Assembly (NCBI GenBank): GCA_019704295.1
Contig: AP024596.1
Span: 928,001 to 992,000, forward strand
Direction of reading: 5' to 3'
DNA from: Sulfolobales archaeon HS-7
Lineage (GTDB): Archaea; Thermoproteota; Thermoprotei_A; Sulfolobales; Sulfolobaceae
DNA: 64,000 nucleotides
Position 1 is the stretch's first letter, and the number at the start of each line of letters is the position of its first letter. A program made the position numbers and the translations under genes. Of this stretch, positions 22,211 to 33,453 are shown piece by piece. The notes below the pieces were generated by a model that did no database searches, was not told the DNA's origin, and saw nothing but the letters and a program-made list of their open reading frames with translations.

Positions 22211-22825
22211 TTAATTAATTTCTTGAACGAATTTTTTAAATTGCTCCGAGCTTATCGTATTTCCATGTCCTGGCAAAAGGTAATCTAACTTATATGCAGA
22301 CAAAACTAGAAGACTTTTCTTTTCCATTTTCCTGTCCCATGAAAATATGGAGTTTGATAAGGAGGGATTACCTTTCTTTTCGATAACTGCATCGCCCGTA
22401 AACGCAATGTTTTTATAAATGTAGGTTACGCTACCTGGCGTATGACCCGGTGTATGAAGTATAAAAATATCACCGATTTTCTCTCCTTCTTTTACAGTTA
22501 CATCGACCTTTACTTTTTCCTGTCTCATTATTGAACTTATCAACCTCCCTACTATCTTATAGTGTGGCAATTTACCTTCAATTACTCTTGCATCAAATTC
22601 GTGCGCAATGATCTCAGCATTAGTCAAATCCTTTAGTCTTTTCAAGTCAACTATGTGATCTGGGTGCGCATGGGTTATCATTATTTCTTTAATTGTTATG
22701 TTATGGGAGTTCGCGAATTGCAGTATTTTATCAGCCTTAGTTCCTGAGTCTATTAGGTATCCATCGTAAGTTAAATAGGTGTTACACATGCCTTTTAACA
22801 TCCACACGTTATCGAATAACTGCAT
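22211..22825 (-). CDS. MBL-fold metallo-hydrolase
   Basis: THAHPDH, TPGHT, GD, PGHG. Confidence 0.92.
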   Translation of the reverse strand: MQLFDNVWMLKGMCNTYLTYDGYLIDSGTKADKILQFANSHNITIKEIMITHAHPDHIVDLKRLKDLTNAEIIAHEFDARVIEGKLPHYKIVGRLISSIMRQEKVKVDVTVKEGEKIGDIFILHTPGHTPGSVTYIYKNIAFTGDAVIEKKGNPSLSNSIFSWDRKMEKKSLLVLSAYKLDYLLPGHGNTISSEQFKKFVQEIN

Positions 22826-22911
22826 TACAATATGTACTTCATATTAACTTTAAATTAATTTTGCAATTTGTTGAATGTTAAAAGTTACCTAATTGCCGGT
22901 ATCGCTATTCA

Positions 22912-23574
22912 TCATCTAACTTGCATGATAACTCCCTTTAAGTTACCATGAAGACCTAATTGCGCGTTTGCTATTTCTCTTAAATTTCTACTATTCTTAG
23001 TTATTTTTGCTATATTAAGCAACTCTTCTCTATCATCAATAGTATAGGGCCCAGTTCTATAAAGGATATAGACACATTGTAGTGAGGCGACGGAGTTAAT
23101 CATATACCCATTTATGAACGCTTTATCCGACGTCTCAAGATCCTTATGGGACATTAGGCAAACATCAGGATGTGTATGTGTTGCCGATATTCCTCGCGGA
23201 TACGGCGCAGTGACTTTACCTTCCTCTCCCTCTAGAACGAGATACTGTCCATCTGTTAAGACTATCGTTAAAAACTCTGGTCCTCCCCTTCCTGTAGTCA
23301 TAGTGTAAGGCATTACAGTATTAAAGAGGAAATTGAGATGTAACTTTAACAACTCATTAATTAATTCCCGATAATTAGTTGCAGTACCTCCATAAACTAC
23401 TCCTAATGACGATGCAATGTCTTTGTCGCGTACATACAACTTCTCACCATCTGTAGTTGCCATAATACCATATTCGTCTTCTATATCCTCTCCCAATCTC
23501 AGAAGATGGTATAGTTTGCTTATATGAATAGTGGTCTCATTGACATCAAGTCTCTGATGCTTTACATTGTTCAA
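22912..23574 (-). CDS. hypothetical protein with JAB/MPN-like motif
   Basis: HTHPDVCLMSHKD; overlaps the pyrF 3' end. Confidence 0.65.
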   Translation of the reverse strand: MNNVKHQRLDVNETTIHISKLYHLLRLGEDIEDEYGIMATTDGEKLYVRDKDIASSLGVVYGGTATNYRELINELLKLHLNFLFNTVMPYTMTTGRGGPEFLTIVLTDGQYLVLEGEEGKVTAPYPRGISATHTHPDVCLMSHKDLETSDKAFINGYMINSVASLQCVYILYRTGPYTIDDREELLNIAKITKNSRNLREIANAQLGLHGNLKGVIMQVR

Positions 23575-24202
23575 TTCGTTTCACCATCTCTTCATTTATT
23601 TTTTCAATCATAGCTATAGGTTCCTTACTTAGATAAATACTTCTTCCTACTATCTCATAGTCTGCCCCGCTACAGATAGCAGTTCCGGGTAATGCGCCCT
23701 GATATCCAATTCCAGGGGATATAATAACGTTATTTGGAAATGAATTACGCAATTTTCTAATTACTGACGGTCTTGTCGCAGGAGCTACTAATCCAAACGG
23801 TTGGGTTCTCTCAATTACATTATAAATTAGCTCAATATCTAAAAACCATCCTGGATGGGACATGGCGGCTAGGAGGTATATCTTTTTATTTTTTTCATTT
23901 GCATATTTCTTTAATTCATCAAGGGCGTTTTCATAACCTATAAATGCGTGGGCAATAACGCTGTCTCCTAGATCAGAAACTGCCTTAATTACGTTTACCA
24001 TAGTTGAACCAATATCTGCTAGCTTAAGATCCAATATAATCTCACTAAAGTTAGCTCTGCTTAACACTCTCTTTATCTCATCCTTGCCATACTGTAATAT
24101 TATAGGTAAACCGATTTTCACCTTGGGTACCAGTTGGCTCAATGTTATCAAAGTATTCTGGTCAACTAACTGGTCCAAAGCGATAATAATTCTACTGTCC
24201 AA
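23546..24202 (-). CDS. pyrF: orotidine-5'-phosphate decarboxylase
   Basis: DLKLADIG, SPGIG, IVGRSI. Confidence 0.96.
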   Translation of the reverse strand: MDSRIIIALDQLVDQNTLITLSQLVPKVKIGLPIILQYGKDEIKRVLSRANFSEIILDLKLADIGSTMVNVIKAVSDLGDSVIAHAFIGYENALDELKKYANEKNKKIYLLAAMSHPGWFLDIELIYNVIERTQPFGLVAPATRPSVIRKLRNSFPNNVIISPGIGYQGALPGTAICSGADYEIVGRSIYLSKEPIAMIEKINEEMVKRIEQCKASET

Positions 24203-24791
24203 TTATATCCCCTAGGTACTTTAAAATTGAAATAGCTTCGCTATCTGTGACAAGTTTTTCGGTAACTAACTGCTTAAGAATGTTAGATATTTTATATAGT
24301 GATATTAACGTTACTCCCCTCTGTTTAAGCTTTTCAAGCGCGCCTTCTTCTCTATCAATTATTACAAATGCGGACGAGACTCTTCCGCCAGAATTCTCAA
24401 TTTTGTTAATAGCTGAGAGAAGCGATTTCCCGGTCGTTGCAACGTCATCTACAAGGAGAACTTCTTTATCATTAACTACACCCTCTACTAGACTTGCTGT
24501 TCCATGTTCCTTTTTTTCGTTCCTTACATACCCTAAAGGTTTGTTTAGTTTACATGCGATAAATGAAGCTAAAGGAACTCCTCCAGTGGCTATACCGACT
24601 ACGTAATCAAAGTTTATCTTGGATAATATTTTAGCTGACTCTGCTACTACGTCGCTAAACTCTGGGAAACTAGGGAGTTTCCTTAGATCTATGTAATATG
24701 GGCTTATTTTACCTGAGGTTAGGGTGAAAGTTCCTGTTAGCAGAAGACCTCTCTTCACCAGCAAGTGAGCAAATGACATCATGTATAACAA
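24192..24791 (-). CDS. pyrE: orotate phosphoribosyltransferase
   Basis: FTLTSGKISPYYID, VDDVATTG. Confidence 0.96.
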   Translation of the reverse strand: MLYMMSFAHLLVKRGLLLTGTFTLTSGKISPYYIDLRKLPSFPEFSDVVAESAKILSKINFDYVVGIATGGVPLASFIACKLNKPLGYVRNEKKEHGTASLVEGVVNDKEVLLVDDVATTGKSLLSAINKIENSGGRVSSAFVIIDREEGALEKLKQRGVTLISLYKISNILKQLVTEKLVTDSEAISILKYLGDIIGQ

Positions 24792-24821
24792 GGAAGTGAG
24801 TTTAAGTTAAAATTTTATTTT

Positions 24822-25745
24822 TTGTTTAGGAGAGAAGACTGGGCTTGTTTGGATTTAATATCTATTGAGGAGTTAGACAGGGCAAAAATAGATGAAATTT
24901 TTGTGTTAAGTAATAAATTTAGAGAGGGCTACAAAAGCGACCTGCCTAATAGGATTGTAGCGTTAGCTTTTTTTGAACCGAGTACGAGAACTTATTCAAG
25001 CTTTGAGTCTGCAGCGAAGAGGTTAGATGTAAAGGTTATAGGTTTCAGAGGCGAGCAAGGGATATCAACTAGCAAAGGTGAAACATTTTCAGACACGATA
25101 AGAATGCTTGATGCATATGCTGATGCAATAGTAGTCCGTCATAAGTATGAGGGAGCTGCTAAACTGGCCGCGGAAGTGGCTAAAAAGCCGGTAATAAACG
25201 CTGGAGATGGGCGTAATGAACATCCTACTCAGGCCTTGGTAGATTTCTACACTATTTTGGAGGAAAAGGGAAAGATCAACGACCTGAACTACGGAATAGT
25301 AGGCGATTTAAAGTATGGTAGAACGGTAAATAGTTTTCTTCTCATGTTAAATAAGTTTTCTCCGGGAAAAGTGTATCTAATTTCTCCTCCAGAACTCAGG
25401 GCCAGAAAGGAAATTCTAGACAGGCTTAATTTTAACATAGAGGAGATTGATGAATTAGAAGTCAACATCAATAGAATCGATGTTCTATACGTGATAAGAA
25501 TTCAGAAAGAAAGGTACTTAGACGCGGCGGAATACCAAAAAGTTAAGGGTAGCTATAGAATTACGAAGAGGATCGCGGAAAACATGAAAAAAGATGCAAT
25601 TATCCTTCATCCCCTGCCCCGTGTAGATGAGATCGATAGGGAAGTTGATAAAACTGAAAACGCTAAGTATTTTATTCAAGCTCAATACGGCATCCCAGTA
25701 AGGATGTCTATTCTTACGTTAATTCTTGGTGACTCATATGAATGA
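24822..25745 (+). CDS. pyrB: aspartate carbamoyltransferase catalytic subunit
   Basis: FFEPSTRT, HPTQ, HPLP; true start probably slightly downstream. Confidence 0.97.
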   Translation: MFRREDWACLDLISIEELDRAKIDEIFVLSNKFREGYKSDLPNRIVALAFFEPSTRTYSSFESAAKRLDVKVIGFRGEQGISTSKGETFSDTIRMLDAYADAIVVRHKYEGAAKLAAEVAKKPVINAGDGRNEHPTQALVDFYTILEEKGKINDLNYGIVGDLKYGRTVNSFLLMLNKFSPGKVYLISPPELRARKEILDRLNFNIEEIDELEVNINRIDVLYVIRIQKERYLDAAEYQKVKGSYRITKRIAENMKKDAIILHPLPRVDEIDREVDKTENAKYFIQAQYGIPVRMSILTLILGDSYE

Positions 25746-26220
25746 AAAGAAAGAGATTCTAGTGGCAAAGATAGAAAACGGCACAGTTATAGATCATATT
25801 ACAGCGGGCAGAGCACTCGCTGTCCTTAAAATATTAAATATAACTGGAAAGGAAAAGAATAGAGTATCTATATTAATTAATGCAGATAGTAAGAAAATGA
25901 TAAAAAAGGATATTATAAAAGTTGAAGAAAGGGAACTTAGTGCTGATGAGGTTAGTCTAATTAGTCTAATATCCCTTGACGCGACAGTAAATATTGTAAA
26001 GGGTTACGAGATCGTCAAAAAAACTAAGCTTACATTACCGAAAAGAGTGAAAGGACTTCTTCGGTGCAATAGCCACACTTGTATATCAAATCAGGATCCA
26101 GAAGCCACTCCGACTTTTAATGTAATTGAGTCTAAGCCCCTCAAATTATCTTGTGTATACTGTAGAACTTATCTTTACGAGGAGGACGTTCTCTACCAGA
26201 TTCTCGGTGAAAAACAATGA
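25726..26220 (+). CDS. pyrI: aspartate carbamoyltransferase regulatory subunit
   Basis: GTVIDHI and Zn-binding cysteines. Confidence 0.95.
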   Translation: MVTHMNEKKEILVAKIENGTVIDHITAGRALAVLKILNITGKEKNRVSILINADSKKMIKKDIIKVEERELSADEVSLISLISLDATVNIVKGYEIVKKTKLTLPKRVKGLLRCNSHTCISNQDPEATPTFNVIESKPLKLSCVYCRTYLYEEDVLYQILGEKQ

Positions 26221-26753
26221 GGAAAGGTAAGATAGTTACAATGGATGGTGAAGAGGTAATCATATCTGTTAGGATTAAATCGCCTCGTCCTGGACAGTTC
26301 GTGACATTGATTCTACCTGGAATCGGCGAATTCCCTTTTTTAATAGCTGACTACAAAAAGGGAAATCTGAAATTAAAAATACATTCTAGAAAAATAAGAG
26401 AGGAAATTTCAAATAGGAAAGTAGTATATATCAAGGGACCTCTGGGAAGTCCGATAAAAATAGGCAGAAGCGTGTTATTATTAGGGGAAAATGATTCGTT
26501 GTCGGAATTAGAGTTTATCATTAATTATTGTAAAAGCAAAGGTATTAAATTAAGAATAGAAAATAATATGAGCGTTAAAGGAGAAGAGGATACGGTAATT
26601 ATTACTTCACCTGATTATGCAAGAAGGGCAGATAGAAAAAGGGTTTACGTCTATTTTAGAAATGTTAAGATGAATTGCATGCTGGGTGTATGTGGGGAAT
26701 GTTTAGTAGGAGGCAAACTGGTTTGCAAAGACGGGCCGTTTCTGAAGATATAG
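26217..26753 (+). CDS. pyrK: dihydroorotate dehydrogenase electron-transfer subunit (short)
   Basis: PGQF, GPLG, CMLGVCGEC...CKDGP 2Fe-2S motif; pyr context. Confidence 0.8.
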   Translation: MRKGKIVTMDGEEVIISVRIKSPRPGQFVTLILPGIGEFPFLIADYKKGNLKLKIHSRKIREEISNRKVVYIKGPLGSPIKIGRSVLLLGENDSLSELEFIINYCKSKGIKLRIENNMSVKGEEDTVIITSPDYARRADRKRVYVYFRNVKMNCMLGVCGECLVGGKLVCKDGPFLKI

Positions 26754-26762
26754 TAACCTAAA

Positions 26763-27929
26763 ATGGGGTTGAACCTCTTGAGAATACTATCAAACATATT
26801 ACTTGACGACGGTTCCTTCGTCCTCGGATGTGTTGAATTCGACAGAATCATCAGAAGTATAAGAAAAGAATGTAAGCCCGACTTAAACATGGAAAGGGAT
26901 TTTATGGTTCCGGCTGGGATAGATTTACATGTACATATACGAGGTGCTCAGCTTTCATATAAGGAAGACGTCAGGTCTTTCTCTATGGAAGCCGCACGGG
27001 GGGGTATAGGATTAGCCATAGATATGCCTAACACAGAACCTTATATTAACAACAGGGAAAAAATAATTTCCAGATTAGAAGAACTTAAAAATTCTAGAAT
27101 AGACTACGCCCTCTACTCTGGATACCCTGAAGAGTACGTTGAGGATTTACCGATAGCAGGATATAAACTATTTCCTCAGGATCTGGAAAGAAACCTAGAA
27201 CCTCTCATTAATTCGAAAAAACTAAAGATTCTTCATCCAGAATCTCCAATAAGCCTCAAGGAAGATAGACGACTTAGAAATTTATGGGAAGAATATTTTG
27301 GCATTAGGGAGATGTATGGACATGTACACATTACGCATATTACATCAAAATATGGTGTCGAATTATCCAAGCGAATGGGATTTACCACCGATGTAACACC
27401 CCATCATATGTTAATATCCAGGGAGAGAACTTGTATAGAGAAAGTAAATCCACCATACAGAGGAGAAATAGAGAGAAGGTTACTAAACTTGGCACTATTC
27501 GAGGTTGATGCCATCGCTTCGGATCATGCCCCTCACGCTAAATTTGAAAAGAACATGCCATTTTCATTGTGCCCCCCAGGGGTTCCATTAGTTTCATTTA
27601 CTTTACCTTTTGTGTTTTCAATGGCGATTAGGGATATTATATCGTTCAAAAGGGCAATGGAACTTGTGTCAGAAAATCCATCGAAAATTCTCGGCATTAA
27701 TATGGGAACCATTAGAGTAGGGAATAGGGCAAATATCACTATACTGAGTAGAGAAGAATGGAGGTATTCTACGGCGTTCTCAAAAGCTACTACGACCCCT
27801 ATCGATGGATATAAACTATACGTGAAACCAGTATTAACGATAGTAGAGGGTAAGGTGGTATTTGATCAAGAAAACGTATACCCAATTCAGGGTGTAAATC
27901 CCTTTGCTGAAAGTGAACGTTTTCAATAG
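26763..27929 (+). CDS. pyrC: dihydroorotase
   Basis: DLHVHIR, DMPNT, KVNPP, SDHAPH. Confidence 0.95.
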   Translation: MGLNLLRILSNILLDDGSFVLGCVEFDRIIRSIRKECKPDLNMERDFMVPAGIDLHVHIRGAQLSYKEDVRSFSMEAARGGIGLAIDMPNTEPYINNREKIISRLEELKNSRIDYALYSGYPEEYVEDLPIAGYKLFPQDLERNLEPLINSKKLKILHPESPISLKEDRRLRNLWEEYFGIREMYGHVHITHITSKYGVELSKRMGFTTDVTPHHMLISRERTCIEKVNPPYRGEIERRLLNLALFEVDAIASDHAPHAKFEKNMPFSLCPPGVPLVSFTLPFVFSMAIRDIISFKRAMELVSENPSKILGINMGTIRVGNRANITILSREEWRYSTAFSKATTTPIDGYKLYVKPVLTIVEGKVVFDQENVYPIQGVNPFAESERFQ

Positions 27930-28773
27930 AGTGTTAAACAACCCGATCGTTGTAGCTTCGGGGATATTGCCCCCGGTAACCAAGTTAATGAGGGACGTCT
28001 GTAGAAAATATGCACCTGGAGGAATTACTACTAAATCTATGACAATAGAACCCCTTCAACCTCATCAACCTCCCACTTTGTTACAATACGATCATGATAC
28101 ATACATAAATGCCATAGGTCTAGGGAATCCTGGAATAAAGACTCTTAATAAGATTGGCTGCTTTACTATAGTAAGTATTGCCGGGAATAGCGTTGATAAC
28201 ATTACACTTACAGCTAGGGAGGCAGAGAGGATCGGCGACGCAATTGAGATTAACGTAAGCAGTCCCAACAGGGCAGGATATGGGGAGTCGTTATCCTCCC
28301 ATGTTAGTAAAATAGTCAAAGAGATAAAGGGTCTAGTGACGGTTCCAGTTTTAGTAAAACTTGGTCCCTGGGAAAACATTGTAGATATTTCTGGAAAGGC
28401 CTTATCAGCAGGGGCGGACGGTCTCACCCTAACGAATACTATTAAGGGAATGATAATTGACGTTCATTCAATGAAGCCCATACTTAGCTATAAAACTGGG
28501 GGCATTTCTGGGAGAGCTTTACATCCTATAGCTGTTAGAGCCGTCTATGAGGTATACAAGGAGTATCAACCAGTAATTATAGGGACCGGAGGGGTTATTT
28601 CCTGGGAGGACGCCGTGGAATTTATGTTAGCTGGTGCTACTTTAGTGGGAATAGGGAGCGGTATTATAAGTAAGGGGTTTGATGTAATACGTAAAGTAAA
28701 TCAAGGTATAGAAGAATATCTCGAAAGCAAAGGACTTAAATTAAAAGATTTAATTGGATATATAGTAAGGTGA
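27904..28773 (+). CDS. pyrD: dihydroorotate dehydrogenase
   Basis: NAIGLGNPG, INVSSPN, NTIKG, GGISG. Confidence 0.95.
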   Translation: MLKVNVFNRVLNNPIVVASGILPPVTKLMRDVCRKYAPGGITTKSMTIEPLQPHQPPTLLQYDHDTYINAIGLGNPGIKTLNKIGCFTIVSIAGNSVDNITLTAREAERIGDAIEINVSSPNRAGYGESLSSHVSKIVKEIKGLVTVPVLVKLGPWENIVDISGKALSAGADGLTLTNTIKGMIIDVHSMKPILSYKTGGISGRALHPIAVRAVYEVYKEYQPVIIGTGGVISWEDAVEFMLAGATLVGIGSGIISKGFDVIRKVNQGIEEYLESKGLKLKDLIGYIVR

Positions 28774-29096
28774 ATGGACTGTCCACCAGGCCAGAAATGA
28801 AAGGTCGTGATTTAGAGACTCTTCTATATTTAGGCAAAATAGAAGATTCGTGGATAGAATATTGTAGTGATGATAAAGCAAATGCGCGTGTTGTTGCTAG
28901 AATTAATACTGGAGAGGAGGTATCGACTTTCTGCATACCAATAAGAGCCGCAGGTAAGATAAATACCGTCATAAAACATTACCTAAGAATGGGTATTACC
29001 AAATATCTCGTTACTGATGATTCCATTTCAAAATCTAATGTGGATACTGAGGGTGGTGAAGACGAAGTTCGAGAGGATGAAAATTCCAAAGAATGA
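28770..29096 (+). CDS. hypothetical protein
   Basis: Coupled to pyrD; acidic tail. Confidence 0.65.
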   Translation: MNGLSTRPEMKGRDLETLLYLGKIEDSWIEYCSDDKANARVVARINTGEEVSTFCIPIRAAGKINTVIKHYLRMGITKYLVTDDSISKSNVDTEGGEDEVREDENSKE

Positions 29097-29376
29097 GAAT
29101 GATATAGAGGAAATAGAAAGGGAAATAAGTCAGAAAACTCATCATGAACATGAGCCTACTATTGAAGACCTGTTAGCTGATATTTACTCAAGAGTCCAAA
29201 ACTTAACTTCTGAATCTGCAGATATTAAGCGGAAAACATACAATTTAGAAAGAAATATTTCCATAATTTATGGCATTTTAGCTGAGATACTACTACTTTT
29301 TAATTCTAAGAGTGATGATGAGAAGAAAATTCATCTAAACAATATACATAATTTGCTAAATGATAGAAATGAGTGA
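29077..29376 (+). CDS. hypothetical coiled-coil protein with a His-rich patch
   Basis: Likely start MKIPKNE; THHEHE. Confidence 0.6.
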   Translation: MKIPKNENDIEEIEREISQKTHHEHEPTIEDLLADIYSRVQNLTSESADIKRKTYNLERNISIIYGILAEILLLFNSKSDDEKKIHLNNIHNLLNDRNE

Positions 29377-29980
29377 AATAAGTTCAATTTTTATAATAGC
29401 GATAAAGCTTTTTGCTATAATGGATCCATTTTCTATAATTCCATATATATTGTCTGTCTTTAATCAATATGTTCAAGAGACAAAAGATACCATAACGTGG
29501 AGCACACTTACAAATAAACTCCTTATTGTAATAATAATATTACTGTTTTTATTTTCATTAGTAGGGCGGGCCCTTTTAGATTTTCTAGGTCTTTCTCCCG
29601 AGTCTTTAGAAATAGGAGGAGGTATTATATTGATGTATTTAGGGATTGATACAATGGGAGGATTTGGTCAGCTAAGATTTTTAGGAAGGAAAATCGAAGA
29701 GGCTTTAGTTACGCCAATAGCTACTCCGCTCATAGTAGGACCTGGAACTTTAACTGCCCTAGTATCGCTTTCTGTAAGTTATTCTCCACTTCTTTTGATA
29801 CTTGGCAGTCTAATAGCTGCCGCATTAACATATATTTCTTTACTTTCTGCACCATTACTTGTAAAACTTCTGGGGAATACGGGTACAATGGCTGCGGGAA
29901 GATTCACAGCTATTATAATAGCTGCTTTTGGTGTTCAACTAATTATTACAGGCTTACAGCAGCTTCAACTCGTTAAATAA
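29360..29980 (+). CDS. MarC family membrane protein
   Basis: [18 protein letters not shown], six TM helices. Confidence 0.92.
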   Translation: MIEMSEISSIFIIAIKLFAIMDPFSIIPYILSVFNQYVQETKDTITWSTLTNKLLIVIIILLFLFSLVGRALLDFLGLSPESLEIGGGIILMYLGIDTMGGFGQLRFLGRKIEEALVTPIATPLIVGPGTLTALVSLSVSYSPLLLILGSLIAAALTYISLLSAPLLVKLLGNTGTMAAGRFTAIIIAAFGVQLIITGLQQLQLVK

Positions 29981-30236
29981 CTGAAAACTGAACCAAGTTT
30001 TACGACTGTAGCTTTTTAATAGTTTTAACTACATCTCATACCTTCCTGGACTCTAAAGATCACAAAGTCTATCTTTAACCCCTTAACATCGACTCTATTC
30101 TAAGGAACGACTCTAATGATGAGAGATAGGGTCTTATCCCTTGAAGTAGCAAGAATTACAACTGTGATGACTGTTTTTCCCTTAACTATCGGTTTATAAA
30201 TTTGAGCATTTGCCTCGAATTTTACGTGAATTGAGT

Positions 30237-31279
30237 TGTATTCCGTCAGGCTTTAAAGGACAAGGGAACTTCACTCAGTATTGACGTCTGGGGTTCACCA
30301 CACCTTTTCACACTGTATACGAGGTCACCTACTCTCTTGGATATCGAACGTAGAAACCTTCTTGCGTCTCACGTTAACGTCTCGAAGTCCGTGTAGATCT
30401 TGGAGTAGAGCTTTCTCTTGAGGATCGCCCAAGGTCCCTCAGCTGGGCTCTTGTCTGGGGAGTAGGGCGGTAAGTAAACGAAATCCACGCCGTTCTCCTC
30501 AAGGAATTTCCTCACTCTATTTCCTTGGATTCTGGTGTTGTCCATTATCACCACGACCTTCTCGTCCTTTATCACCTTTCTCAAGTATGATATCCTCGGA
30601 ATTCAACGAGGGCTTCTTGTAGGTCGAGTAGGTAAAGGTTATTCCCGCTTTGCTTATCATTATTCCTCCTATTACTGCAAACCTCTTCCTCTTGGGGTTA
30701 ACTTTTACCCCTGCTCCTGCCTTCATCCAACCCTTGTTTACGGGCGACACGACAAAGACGTGTACCTTGTATCCCTCGGCTATTTTTTTAAAAAGTCTCT
30801 CCCCTTGTTCCCTAACCCATCCCTCCACGGCCTTCTCGTCCCTTACGTAGGTTCTCTTGACCTTCTTGTACTTGAAGTCCAACTTGTTGAGGACTGGGCC
30901 CAAGCTCCTTGGGTTGTACTTTACCCAGAACTCCCTCTCAAGCACGTAGGCTACGAGCTTCAATGTCCAAAAATCACAGTTCAACCCCAAGTCTCTAGGA
31001 CTCTTTTCCAAGATCTTGACGAGTTTTTCCTCGTCCTTTATTTTCATGACTCCTCGGTTTCGCGCTCGGATCATCCCTCCCCAATCACTTGTATACGGTG
31101 AAGATGGACACGTCGTACTTCCTCGCGACATCCCTTATCCCGTCCCTCACGTCTTTCACTGCGTTAATCCTCCTCTTGCTTCTTGTTAAGCCTTATTCCG
31201 TGCATGCTGGATTTCGAAATAACAATTTCATATTACTCACGAAATATAAATCTTGCTCTTTAAGGTCTGACCAAGTATA
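30237..31279 (-). mobile_element. IS630-family element with frameshifted transposase pseudogene
   Basis: HTH part (FWTLKLVA) and DDE part (IMDN...YLPPYSPDKSPAEGPW) in different frames; imperfect 20-bp terminal inverted repeats with TA ends. Confidence 0.88.
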
Positions 31280-31579
31280 ATAGTTATAATAAGCTAAACC
31301 GTAACTGAAAACTTCGAATTGCTTCTTGCTAGGTATTAATAAACCTCTCTAAACTTGAGAAAGTGCTGAAATTCTTTTTAAATAGTTGAGGTAATGATTG
31401 TATCATTTATCCTTATTATTAACAAAGTTGTCTCTCTACCTCAGTAACTGCTCACCTTTTCTTGCTATTTTGTTGGCGAAAAGGTTCCCCAGAATAGGTA
31501 TAGCAGATCCTGTAGATAGCTTTAGGGGTTAGGATAGGGTAGGAATATATTTCTTAAAAAGCATGTTATACATTAGGTC

Positions 31580-32077
31580 ATGGTAAGATATGGTCTGTAC
31601 GAAAGTCCCCTCGGACTAATCACAGTGGCAAAAACAAGTAAAGGTTTGGTGATGTTAGACTTTTGCGATTGTGTGGAGAAGGAATTAGTAGATAACAACG
31701 CGTTCACCGATTTATTTGAGCTTTTAGATAGATACTTTGCAGGGGAAGAAGTAGAGTTTAAGGTCGATATAGACTGGGGGTTTTATGATAAAAGGACTCA
31801 AATACTAAGAGAACTGACCAAACTTAAGTGGGGCGAAACGAGAACATATGAGGAAATTGCTAGAAATGTAGGAAGTTCTCCACGAGGAATAGGTTCCGCC
31901 ATTAGCAAGAATAACGTTTTAATTATTATTCCTTGTCATCGCGTTATCGCAAAATACGATATAGGAGGCTACTCAAGAGGGATCGACCTAAAATTAAAGC
32001 TTCTTGAGATAGAAGGGCATAAATTTCAAAAAATAGTTAGTAGAACGGGAAGAACTAGATACGTTTTGCTTGAATGA
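31580..32077 (+). CDS. ogt: methylated-DNA--protein-cysteine methyltransferase
   Basis: IPCHRV active site, SPLG. Confidence 0.95.
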   Translation: MVRYGLYESPLGLITVAKTSKGLVMLDFCDCVEKELVDNNAFTDLFELLDRYFAGEEVEFKVDIDWGFYDKRTQILRELTKLKWGETRTYEEIARNVGSSPRGIGSAISKNNVLIIIPCHRVIAKYDIGGYSRGIDLKLKLLEIEGHKFQKIVSRTGRTRYVLLE

Positions 32078-32098
32078 CATTTGAAAGGAATAGATGTC

Positions 32099-32938
32099 TT
32101 ATAATAATACAAATACATTCTCATATATCAAATACACTGCAACTATGATGATGATGACGGAAAAAATTCTTCTCAGAGTTATTCTTGGAAGCGAAGTAGC
32201 CACTCTAGTACCTGCATAACCCCCAAGAACTCCACCAATAAAATACAGCAAAGCTACAATTACGTTTATATCTCCTGCAATAGCATATCTCAGCGCGCTG
32301 ACCACGCCGAAAGTTCCTACAGAGATTAGCGAGGTACCTACTGCTTGAATCATATTTAATCCTGCACTGTATATGAGACCAGGAACTATCAAGAATCCTC
32401 CGCCAATACCAAAAAATCCAGAGAGCAGTCCTACTACAAATCCCGTTGGAATTATACGTCCATATTTTATTTTACGTATGGTTGTTCCATTACTACTTAT
32501 ACTTGAATTTATTTGCTCTTTGCCTCTTAGCATGTTGACCCCTATTCCGATCATAAGGAAACCAAATAGGATGAGCAAATAAGGTCCGCCAACTGAGAGT
32601 CCAATCGATGCCCCCAGTAGAGATCCGACAACTCCTGGTAATGCAAATGTAATACCCTCTTTCGTTCTTACGTTTCCCTTTCTATAATGGAGATAAGAAT
32701 TAGCATAGGCGTTTATTCCAACGGCAAGGGCGGTGGTTCCTATTACTAGGTGATCAATATAACTTGCTGTTTGTGTTCCAGGCGGTGCAATAAAACCAAG
32801 ACCCACGAAATAGAGTAAAAGAGGAACTGCAAGAATTGAACCTCCGCCTCCAATTAAACCCAAACTAAATCCTACTATCGAACCGGCGATTATTGATAAG
32901 ATATATTGGTAAGTTGTTAATTCGATCATATAGATCAT
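32099..32938 (-). CDS. TauE/SafE sulfite exporter family
   Basis: Duplicated GxxGxGGG motifs, about 8 TM helices. Confidence 0.92.
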   Translation of the reverse strand: MIYMIELTTYQYILSIIAGSIVGFSLGLIGGGGSILAVPLLLYFVGLGFIAPPGTQTASYIDHLVIGTTALAVGINAYANSYLHYRKGNVRTKEGITFALPGVVGSLLGASIGLSVGGPYLLILFGFLMIGIGVNMLRGKEQINSSISSNGTTIRKIKYGRIIPTGFVVGLLSGFFGIGGGFLIVPGLIYSAGLNMIQAVGTSLISVGTFGVVSALRYAIAGDINVIVALLYFIGGVLGGYAGTRVATSLPRITLRRIFSVIIIIVAVYLIYENVFVLL

Positions 32939-33225
32939 ATGTAGGAATATTTAGTAAATAGTAATAAAACTTTCTTATATAAAAACGACTATAACAGGTT
33001 TTAAATGCTGAAGTGAAAATGATTATGAGGACCGTGTTATTTCGCTAATAATCAACAGCGGGAAAGGTTTAGTCAATATCCCTAATATTATTTAGGTAAA
33101 TACCGTGAAACATGGTAGGTCCTGAACTTCTTTCACGAGTTAACAGTGATAAACACAATCTAAAATTTTCTTAAAGTTGTTATAGTAAGTGATATTTTCA
33201 ATATTCTATAGGGCTTCGGAGTTAT

Positions 33226-33453
33226 TTACTCATGAGAAGAAGTTTTGTCTAATTCCTTATTCTGACGCTTCTTCTCATTAATAACAGTCTTCACCCTGGC
33301 TATGTCTCTCTTTGTAGTTCTAATGAGATGATGATTCTTAAGTTGTCCGTTAGCCCATTTCATTCTGTACTGAAATAGTTCCCCTCGCAACTCTTCTAAT
33401 TTCTTTTGTAACTCCGCTAAACTCATTTCCCTTAGTTCCTTAGTCTCAGGCAT
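33226..33453 (-). CDS. rpl29: 50S ribosomal protein L29
   Basis: ELREMS...KRDIARVKT; start MPETK. Confidence 0.95.
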   Translation of the reverse strand: MPETKELREMSLAELQKKLEELRGELFQYRMKWANGQLKNHHLIRTTKRDIARVKTVINEKKRQNKELDKTSSHE

